From Clostridia bacterium (GTDB taxonomy: Bacteria > Bacillota > Clostridia > Christensenellales > QALW01): a DNA stretch of 64,000 bases. Below the pieces are notes generated by a model. The model made no database searches, had not been told where the DNA came from, and saw only the letters and a list, made by a program, of their open reading frames with translations. The position numbers and the translations under genes were made by a program. Shown piece after piece: positions 1 through 6,399 of the stretch. The DNA lies in the NCBI GenBank assembly GCA_017502165.1, contig JAFVVO010000025.1:8854-72853 (forward strand). The letters run 5' to 3'. Each line of letters begins with the position of its first letter. Position 1 is the stretch's first letter.

Positions 1-612
1 GCCGATGAACTCGGGAATGGGATCAACGAAAGCCATGTGGCCTGCCCATCCGGGAGAGGTGGAAGCAATGTCAGCACCTTCGCCGTTGGTAATGTCCTGA
101 ATAATCTGTGAATAGTTTTTAATATTTGCGTTGGTGGGAAAGTGAACGTTCTCCATAGGCATACGAAGCTTCTCATCAATCTGATAGTAGAGATACTTAA
201 TCATTGAGTGAGCAAAGCCTGCTTCGTAGGTAATAGGAGCAATGTTGCCGTCCTGGTCAGCCCATTCGTCTTCAGCAACAAGGTGAACCTTTGAACAGTC
301 AACCTGGAAATAGTTGATAAGCTGTGCTAAAGGAATATAGGTGTCGGGCTCAGGGTTACCAAGAATCATGGTAAAGCTCTTGCCTGCTTCGGAAGCAGCC
401 TTAAGGCGTTCAAACAAGGTTGCTATCAAAACGGGATGGGGATTCATCATAACCTTAACGTTGAACTCGGGATGCCACCAATCTTCACGCTTTTCAAGGT
501 CTTTGCCGCTGAGTGAGCGAACGTAATCGCAAACCTTTTTGTCCTTAAAAGGAACAAAATCAGCAGGTTCAAAATTGAATTTAGTTGCGGGATCTACGAT
601 AAAATCTTTCAT
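1..612 (-). CDS. NagB/SugarP-isomerase family protein (glucosamine-6-phosphate deaminase-like); C-terminus runs off the window start
   Basis: The minus-strand frame is open from ATG 612-610 (AAGGAG upstream) to the window edge. The translation MKDFIVDPATKF...SPGWAGHMAFVDP resembles the GxDGHxAFNEP region of NagB-type enzymes. Confidence 0.55.
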   Translation of the reverse strand, partial: MKDFIVDPATKFNFEPADFVPFKDKKVCDYVRSLSGKDLEKREDWWHPEFNVKVMMNPHPVLIATLFERLKAASEAGKSFTMILGNPEPDTYIPLAQLINYFQVDCSKVHLVAEDEWADQDGNIAPITYEAGFAHSMIKYLYYQIDEKLRMPMENVHFPTNANIKNYSQIIQDITNGEGADIASTSPGWAGHMAFVDPIPEFIG

Positions 613-740
613 TCTGAAAATCTCCTTTATTTGTTATCGTTGGTATTATTTTAACCTTTATTTTCCAATTAGTCAAGAGCAAGTGACTGAATATTTGTAA
701 TTTTTGCAAAACACTTCGAAAAATTATCATTCGGATGGAA

Positions 741-1841
741 TTATCTTGGTATTCTGTCCTCGCGGCAGGGAAGTGCGTCAAATTTGTTGTGGGGCTCCGA
801 TTGATACCAATATGCAACGGAGGAATAGTCGTCCTGCCGCTCGAATAAGCCTTTGTGTCCCGCACCAATTTGTTGCACCGTAAGGCGTAAATCCTCATGG
901 AACTTAATAGGGTCAAGCACGTGCCAACGATAGAAGCAACGCATAGGTACGCTATCATCATTGTGGTACTGATTCGTTACCATATCGTCGTGGTTTGAGT
1001 AGTAAGGATAACCAAGATACAGTGAATTGTAGTTGGTTTCAATGGTTTTTCCGTTTTCATATCGCGCAAAGCTGAAGGCACCGCCAAAGTAATCTTCCGT
1101 TCCCGTTCCGCAAATTGTGGGATACTCTCTATCACCGTCAAGATAGAATTTCATTTCGCCTTCACCCCACCAATAACGTTCCAAGGTGGCAATAGACATA
1201 AACGTACCGATATATTGACCTGTGCCTTTAATGTTGTCGATAATCGTATAGTCTTTCTTTAAGGTGGTAATCTTCTCTCTGTTGAATTTAGCGTGGAAAT
1301 AGCCGATATCCTCAGGGAGAGAATCATATTCGCAATAGTCTATTTGAAAATAGCAGGCGTTAACGTTTCGGGGGTGTTGTGATTCAATAACTATTTTGGC
1401 GCTCTTTCTGAATGGCATTTGGAAATAGCAGTTCATACCGCGGTTGGGGTTAACAACCACAAGTTGTGAATTAACTTGATACGTTGTACCAAAGCCAAGG
1501 CAGAAGAAGTCACCGATAGGTGATTCGACGGAAGGGGTTTCTTCACCGTCCCAATACATTTTAAGAATAAGGTCACGAAGAATAAAACAGTCTGCATCGT
1601 TTGTTCTGTCGGGCAGAGTAATCCAGATATGGTTTATTATACCGGCAGAGTGAATTTCGGCTAAAACGTTTTCCTGATTAGGCAAAAGAGTAATGCAGGG
1701 AGAGCCTTTGCGTGAGGGACCTAAATTACTTGCGGCTTTGCCACCCTGCCCCTTTGCGCCCGTTTTATTTTCTGCGCAAATGCTGCGCGAGCGACCTGAA
1801 TCAAGTGCATACATAGCAGATAATGGGTTTGCAAAATTCAT
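741..1841 (-). CDS. DUF2961 / GH172 family glycoside hydrolase
   Basis: ORF-track protein. The N-terminal SICAENKTGAKGQGGKA motif and overall pattern are typical of DUF2961. Start moved to the second ATG (MNFANPL), which has better spacing from AAAGGAG. Confidence 0.75.
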   Translation of the reverse strand: MNFANPLSAMYALDSGRSRSICAENKTGAKGQGGKAASNLGPSRKGSPCITLLPNQENVLAEIHSAGIINHIWITLPDRTNDADCFILRDLILKMYWDGEETPSVESPIGDFFCLGFGTTYQVNSQLVVVNPNRGMNCYFQMPFRKSAKIVIESQHPRNVNACYFQIDYCEYDSLPEDIGYFHAKFNREKITTLKKDYTIIDNIKGTGQYIGTFMSIATLERYWWGEGEMKFYLDGDREYPTICGTGTEDYFGGAFSFARYENGKTIETNYNSLYLGYPYYSNHDDMVTNQYHNDDSVPMRCFYRWHVLDPIKFHEDLRLTVQQIGAGHKGLFERQDDYSSVAYWYQSEPHNKFDALPCREDRIPR

Positions 1842-1989
1842 AATCATACTCCTTTTTCATGAGCTTTAATCGCCGTAGTTATACTATAATCCGAGCAAAA
1901 TTTATATGCAATAATTTATCAGGATTATTTTATCATAGATAAGTGCAAAAAACAAGAAAAAGTCTCTCGAATTTCGAAAGACTTTTTTC

Positions 1990-2955
1990 TTATAAAAGCT
2001 CAATAAAAAGCAGGTACATTAAAGGAATAGTTATAACGGAAAGGGTGTGGGAAATCATAACCATTGATGCGCCCGTTTTCGTTTCGCCGCCGTAAGCCGC
2101 AGGATAAACAATGGTGTTTAAGCCTATAGGCGTTGAAAGGAAAATAAGTGCCAGAACAAGCCAATCGTCCGGAACGTTAAGAAGCTTTAATACGGGCATA
2201 AATAAAGCGGGAATAAGAATCAGGCGAATGAGTGTAACAAAGTATACTCTTTTGTTGCGAAACAGCTCTTTTAGGTCGTAACTTCCTATAACGAAGCCTG
2301 CGAGCACCATAGCAACGGGGCCTTGACAGGAGCTTGCGCTTTCGAGGGCGGTGAGAATAAAATCGGGAATATACTGCTTTGCGTTCAGTAAGCCTAAAAT
2401 GATACCTGAAACCAGGAAAATAACGGCTGGGGATGTAAAGCTTTTAAGAAGGTTTTTCCAGACGCTTAAGTTGTGCTGCTTGGGAATAAGGATGCTTAAA
2501 CCCCAAACGGTACAGAGAATACCGATTAAAAAGCCGAACAAGCTATACTTGAAGTACATATCTGAGCCAAATACGCCGAGAATGATAAAGTTGCCCATAA
2601 ATCCGTAGTTGCTGAACGCTAAAGCGTATTTGAAAACGTTTTTGCTATAGGCTTCAGCATCATTGTGCGTCTTGGGAAAGAACAATCTCGAAATAGGGTA
2701 AGAAAGAAGCACCGTTACACAGGCAATTAAAAGACCTGCCGCAATCAGACCGATATTTTCTTTGAAGGATTCAACGTTGCATTTTGTTATTTGCGTAAAG
2801 AGCGAAAGGGCCGGAACGAATACCCACATTTCCAGCTTAGCCATAGTCGAATCCGAGTTTTTAGGCAAAATTTCCTTCTTGCGAAGAAAAAAACCAATCA
2901 TAATTAACGAGAACATCATCAGCATTTGCTGAAGCGTCAGAAAAAATACTTCCAT
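1990..2955 (-). CDS. AEC (auxin efflux carrier) family transporter
   Basis: 321-aa polytopic membrane protein with an N-terminus typical of AEC permeases. Confidence 0.75.
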   Translation of the reverse strand: MEVFFLTLQQMLMMFSLIMIGFFLRKKEILPKNSDSTMAKLEMWVFVPALSLFTQITKCNVESFKENIGLIAAGLLIACVTVLLSYPISRLFFPKTHNDAEAYSKNVFKYALAFSNYGFMGNFIILGVFGSDMYFKYSLFGFLIGILCTVWGLSILIPKQHNLSVWKNLLKSFTSPAVIFLVSGIILGLLNAKQYIPDFILTALESASSCQGPVAMVLAGFVIGSYDLKELFRNKRVYFVTLIRLILIPALFMPVLKLLNVPDDWLVLALIFLSTPIGLNTIVYPAAYGGETKTGASMVMISHTLSVITIPLMYLLFIELL

Positions 2956-3092
2956 AATAATCCTCTGAAAACCGCAAAATTACAAACGCGGCAGCATTCG
3001 TAAAACAAAGACTATTTTATCACCGCAAACAAAAAGTGTCAATAAAAAACCCCGAACGCAAAGGCATTCGGGGTAAAAAAGTTAAAAGTTAA

Positions 3093-3731
3093 TTATTCGG
3101 TAACGGCTTCGCCATCAACTACGGGAGCATCTTCAACTACTGCAACGGGCTTAACGCTGTTGTAGAAGTTTGCAAGTGTTGCCTGCATATAGGGAACAAG
3201 CCAGATTAAAAGGATACCGAAGGTTAAGCCTGCTAAAAGAATCCAACCGAAAAAGGAAAGACCAAGAACAAAGTAGTCCATTTTATGACCTTCCATCATC
3301 TTCTTGGAGCGGTTGATAGCTTCACGGGCGCTCATACCGGGGTTTTCTGCAAGGATAAACATAGCCTGTGAATAGGAGCAAGCCTTTACGATACCGGGGA
3401 TAACGAAAAGTAAGGACCACAGAAAAGTGAAAAGACCTACAAGGAAGGTTACCTTAAAGGCGCTCCAGATATCATTAAAGCCAATAAAAATGTCTGCAAT
3501 CTGAGGCTTTTTGCCTGCTGTTAATGCAAGGTAAATAATCATAAGGCTAAGGGAAAATGCGGCGTTAATAAAAAGAAGACCAATGGAGAATACAAACCCC
3601 AAAAATGGAATACTACTAAGAATATTAGGCAAAGCAGTGATTACAGAAACGATAAGAGACATTACGAAAAGAATGCCAATGTTGCCTTTGATTTGTTGTT
3701 TTGCTAAAGCTTTAAGTTCAGCGCGTGTCAT
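3093..3731 (-). CDS. DUF975 family membrane protein
   Basis: 212 aa. The N-terminus MTRAELKALAKQQIKGN followed by multiple TM segments is typical of DUF975. Confidence 0.7.
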   Translation of the reverse strand: MTRAELKALAKQQIKGNIGILFVMSLIVSVITALPNILSSIPFLGFVFSIGLLFINAAFSLSLMIIYLALTAGKKPQIADIFIGFNDIWSAFKVTFLVGLFTFLWSLLFVIPGIVKACSYSQAMFILAENPGMSAREAINRSKKMMEGHKMDYFVLGLSFFGWILLAGLTFGILLIWLVPYMQATLANFYNSVKPVAVVEDAPVVDGEAVTE

Positions 3732-3870
3732 AGAAAATTCCTCCTAAGTAAAATATTTAAGTAAATTATAGCAAATTTGAAAAATAATGTAAAGAATTTT
3801 TTGAAAAAACTTACAATTTTACATAAAACGGAAGCCAATAAAAAAATTTTAACCCAAACGTAATTTTAAC

Positions 3871-3898
3871 TGGACAAATAAAATTTTTTTGATATAAT
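3871..3898 (+). promoter_or_regulatory. Candidate sigma-A promoter for the tRNA-Thr/tRNA-Leu pair
   Basis: TGGACA, a 16-nt spacer, then TGaTATAAT (extended -10), about 15 nt upstream of the tRNA-Thr 5' end. Confidence 0.45.
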
Positions 3899-3912
3899 AA
3901 TCAATGTGCTAC

Positions 3913-3988
3913 GCTACCGTGGCTCAGTCGGCAGAGCGGTTCACTCGTAATGAACAGGTCGCCGGTTCGATTCCGGCCGGTAGCTCCA
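3913..3988 (+). tRNA. tRNA-Thr (anticodon CGT)
   Basis: A cloverleaf was drawn by hand. Acceptor GCTACCG/CGGTAGC, anticodon stem GTTCA/TGAAC with loop CTCGTAA, T-arm GGTTCGATTCC, CCA encoded. Confidence 0.9.
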
Positions 3989-3997
3989 ACAAAATAC

Positions 3998-4084
3998 GCC
4001 GGTGTGTTGGAACTGGCAGACGAGACGGACTCAAAATCCGTTGTCAGCGATGGCGTGTGGGTTCGAGTCCCACCACCGGCACCA
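3998..4084 (+). tRNA. tRNA-Leu (anticodon CAA), type II with long variable arm
   Basis: Acceptor GCCGGTG/CACCGGC, anticodon stem ACGGA/TCCGT with loop CTCAAAA, long variable arm, T-arm GTGGGTTCGAGTCCCAC, CCA encoded. Confidence 0.9.
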
Positions 4085-4243
4085 CGTCGCCGCAAGCTAA
4101 AAAAGGCTTGCGGCATTTTTTTGTCAAAAAAACCGCAATGCCTTTGGCGCTGCGTCTCCTTATACGCAAAAAGTCTCGCTCGGCTCATCTGCTCGGTTGC
4201 AAGCGCCCTCACGACGATTCACTGTCGCTACCAACTTTTTGCG
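4085..4243 (+). repeat. Module X: conserved non-coding module, repeated in inverted orientation at 19129-19288
   Basis: Roughly 90 percent identity by eye to the reverse complement of 19129-19288. It begins with a terminator hairpin and contains a 10-bp stem (CGCAAAAAGT with ACTTTTTGCG) enclosing about 57 nt. Confidence 0.8.
4089..4122 (+). terminator. Intrinsic terminator after tRNA-Leu(CAA)
   Basis: GCCGCAAGC ... GCTTGCGGC hairpin followed by a T7 run. Confidence 0.7.
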
Positions 4244-4254
4244 TTAGCGTGTTA

Positions 4255-4282
4255 AGCAGACAAGTAGTCTGCTCTTTTTTTA
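4255..4282 (+). terminator. Intrinsic terminator-like hairpin between modules X and Y
   Basis: AGCAGAC aagta GTCTGCT followed by CTTTTTTT. Confidence 0.55.
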
Positions 4283-4301
4283 TTTAAGAACGGAGAGAAA
4301 A

Positions 4302-4551
4302 AACGGGGTCCCCGAAAAGCAGTATTGCTTTTTGGGGAAAAGGAAGCACAATGGAGCGATTTAGCTTTCTTGTAAAACAAGAAAGCGCTTAAGCGTAATT
4401 TGTGCTGACGCGGGACTCGAAGCCTGAGAGGGAGCAAAGCGTTAAGAAAACGATTGATAATCGTTTTCAGCTTTGCTGTGCGAGACGGGTACTGCGAGCA
4501 TTACGGAGTAAGCGGAGCGGTCGTTGAGCAGGTAAGGCGCGAAGCGACTGT
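4302..4551 (+). ncRNA. Module Y: candidate structured RNA or repeat element of unknown class, second copy at 19306-19560 (minus strand)
   Basis: About 250 nt and about 88 percent identical to the other copy. It has a 12-bp hairpin (4310-4337), a 9-bp hairpin GCTTTCTTG/CAAGAAAGC and nested stems AGCAAAGC/GCTTTGCT and AAAACGAT/ATCGTTTT. Differences between the copies keep the pairing: G-U versus A-U at 4314, C-G versus U-A at 4418/4426, and G-U versus G-C at 4519/4549. Confidence 0.5.
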
Positions 4552-4569
4552 GTCCCACCACCGGCACCA
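4552..4569 (+). repeat. Exact 18-nt duplicate of the 3' end of tRNA-Leu(CAA) (equals 4067-4084)
   Basis: GTCCCACCACCGGCACCA occurs at 4067-4084 (T-loop end to CCA) and again at 4552-4569. Confidence 0.95.
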
Positions 4570-4602
4570 AAAAATCGACAGGTTTCGACCTGTCGATTTT
4601 TT
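4570..4602 (+). terminator. Intrinsic terminator after the duplicated tRNA 3' end
   Basis: ATCGACAGG tttcga CCTGTCGAT followed by a T6 run. Confidence 0.65.
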
Positions 4603-4604
4603 AT

Positions 4605-4780
4605 CCATTGCGAAAGCAATGGTATATCATCACGCGCAAGCGTGCATCTCATCACCGAAGGTGTATATCATCAGCCGCAGGCTGCATTTCTTTTCGCAAT
4701 GATGATATGCAAAACTTCGTTTTGATGATATGCAATTCCTGCGGAATTGATGATATACACGGCTTTCGCCGTGATTTATG
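4605..4780 (+). other. Array of seven short hairpins separated by an inverted 9-11 nt arm motif (TATATCATCA / TGATGATAT)
   Basis: Hairpins lie at 4605-4622 (GAAA loop), 4631-4644 (GCAA loop), 4653-4663, 4672-4684, 4710-4724, 4733-4749 and 4759-4772. Arms lie at 4622-4632, 4645-4654 and 4664-4673 (one sense) and 4700-4709, 4723-4732 and 4748-4758 (reverse complement). Confidence 0.6.
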
Positions 4781-4833
4781 TAAGAGTTCGAATTCATACG
4801 CAAAAACATCTTTTTTGTAGCCCATAGACATAA

Positions 4834-4864
4834 CAAAAAAACAGACTAAGGGTCTGTTTTTTGT
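4834..4864. terminator. Bidirectional terminator-like hairpin, similar to the one at 19099-19120
   Basis: A-run, CAGAC taagg GTCTG, T-run. Nearly the same sequence (AACAAAAAAACAGACcaacGGTCTG) occurs at 19093-19118. Confidence 0.5.
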
Positions 4865-4869
4865 TATTT

Positions 4870-4922
4870 TGGGGGAAGGAAGGGACTTGACCACAAACCG
4901 TTAAAAAAACGATTGATAATCA
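4870..4922. repeat. Degenerate third fragment: reverse-complement tRNA 3'-half-like sequence plus a partial module-Y core
   Basis: TGGGGGAAGGAAGGGACTTGACC resembles the reverse complement of the tRNA-Leu(AAG) 3' end (TGGTGCGAATGAAGGGACTTGAACC). CGTTAAAAAAACGATTGATAATC repeats the Y core seen at 4440-4466. Confidence 0.45.
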
Positions 4923-5008
4923 TCAGTGCTTTCTATAACTCTCAAATTGACTTTTTATGCGCATTATAATATAATACTTTACAGAATAATCAGTTAAGGA
5001 ATACTCTA

Positions 5009-6352
5009 ATGGAATCTAACAAATTTTTTGCAACGGCACCGCCCGTAAAACTGTTTTTTATTGCCGCAATACCGGGTATGATAAGTATGCTTGCGGCGAC
5101 GGCATACGGTATTGCCGAGGGCGTTTTTATAGGTAATTGGCTTGGCGAAACTGCTTTTGCGGCAGTAAGCATAGGCTTTCCCTTTGTTTTGATAAACTTT
5201 TCCCTTGCAGACCTGGTGGGCGTAGGCTCTTCTGCACCGATTTCCATTGCCTTAGGCAAAAAGGATCAGGAAAAGGCAAACAATATTTTCACCTGCTCGT
5301 TAATTTTAATGCTTGCAACGGCAGTTTTTATGGGAATTTTAATGTTCGTTTTTGCGGACGCCTTGGTATCACTTTTAGGCGCAACGGGAGAGCTGGCGGC
5401 TCTTGCGGCTCTGTACGTGCGTGTTTATGCAATTTTCAGTCCGCTCACCACAGTGGTTTTTGCGGTAGATAATTACTTAAGAATATCGGGCTTTGTAAAA
5501 TTCAGTATGATAATAAACATAGTGATGACGCTTATTACCGTTTCACTTCTGTTTTTGTTTTTAGAGGTTATGTCAATGGGGGTTGAAGGTTCAGCCTTGG
5601 CATCAAGTCTCAGTATGTTTATTTGCGCGGTGATAGCCTTCGTGCCTTTTTTGCTTAAAAAGACGGTGCTGAGGTTTACGCGGCCGAGGTTTTCTTTTGC
5701 AATGATTAAGGAAATAGTTGCCTGCGGTTCACCCGTGTTTCTCAACAACGTTGCAGGAAGAGTTACGTCTATAGTAATGAATTCGGCACTTCTTAATTTA
5801 GGCGGACAAACTGCCGTTGCGGCGTTTTCCGTGCTGATGTATTCGGGGGAGATTATTCAGCCCTTAATGTACGGTATGTGCGATTCCGTTCAGCCTGCCA
5901 TTGGCTATAACTGGGGAGCAAAGCAGCTTGACAGAGTTAAAAATATAGCAAAATGCTCCTTTGTGGGAAGCGGTATTATCTCTGTTTTAGGTGCGGCAGG
6001 AATGTTATTATTCAGCCGTGAGCTTACCTCACTGTTTGTTGCAAAGGGTGACGTTGAACTGCTTGAAATGTCCGTTTATGCTCTGAAACTGTTTGCCTCA
6101 ACGTATTTGTTCCGTTGGTTTGCCTTTGCAACCCAAAGCTTCCACAGTGCTATCGGAAAGCCCAAGCCTGCGGCAATTTTATCAGTTTCAACCGCGTTTG
6201 TTTTCCCGATACTTTTCGTTGTCGCTCTTTGGCCGCTGGGACTTGACGGTTTATGGCTCAACCAAAGCGTAACGGCGCTTGTGGTTTGCATAATGGCGCT
6301 TTTTATGATTCTTCGAACTCAAAAGAGCATCAAATATTATATTGCAGCTTAA
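5009..6352 (+). CDS. MATE family efflux transporter
   Basis: 447 aa with about 12 TM segments and a MatE-like sequence pattern. Confidence 0.8.
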   Translation: MESNKFFATAPPVKLFFIAAIPGMISMLAATAYGIAEGVFIGNWLGETAFAAVSIGFPFVLINFSLADLVGVGSSAPISIALGKKDQEKANNIFTCSLILMLATAVFMGILMFVFADALVSLLGATGELAALAALYVRVYAIFSPLTTVVFAVDNYLRISGFVKFSMIINIVMTLITVSLLFLFLEVMSMGVEGSALASSLSMFICAVIAFVPFLLKKTVLRFTRPRFSFAMIKEIVACGSPVFLNNVAGRVTSIVMNSALLNLGGQTAVAAFSVLMYSGEIIQPLMYGMCDSVQPAIGYNWGAKQLDRVKNIAKCSFVGSGIISVLGAAGMLLFSRELTSLFVAKGDVELLEMSVYALKLFASTYLFRWFAFATQSFHSAIGKPKPAAILSVSTAFVFPILFVVALWPLGLDGLWLNQSVTALVVCIMALFMILRTQKSIKYYIAA

Positions 6353-6399
6353 TTTGAATAAAAAATCTTACAAATATTTGCTAAAAAGGATAAAAGAAA

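Noticed and set aside
4137-4287. A 49-aa basic ORF inside module X (MPLALRLLIRKKSRSAHLLGCKRPHDD...) whose frame is also open in the second copy at 19049-19264.
   Set aside because: The ATG is ATA in the second copy and there is no RBS. The differences between copies are mostly non-synonymous (about 1 silent change in 6). The region is better explained by conserved stems such as CGCAAAAAGT/ACTTTTTGCG.
4485-4551. GTGCGAGACGGG... as the 5' end of a group II intron inserted after a terminator, in the manner of class C introns.
   Set aside because: No domain V-like sequence or intron-encoded protein follows, and the segment is far too short. The idea is kept only as a remote possibility.
4302-4569. 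Module Y plus the tRNA 3' end as a tmRNA-like or tRNA-like molecule.
   Set aside because: There is no 5' segment complementary to the acceptor 3' strand (GCCGGTG is absent). There is no T-arm 5' half before the duplicated end, and no recognisable tag reading frame.
3901-4894. Numerous 60-127 aa ORFs on both strands across the tRNA and repeat region (for example 3901-4212 minus, 3904-4287 plus, 4454-4702 plus, 4652-4894 minus).
   Set aside because: They overlap tRNA genes, terminators and hairpin arrays. They lack RBSs and give low-complexity basic translations. They are treated as non-coding.
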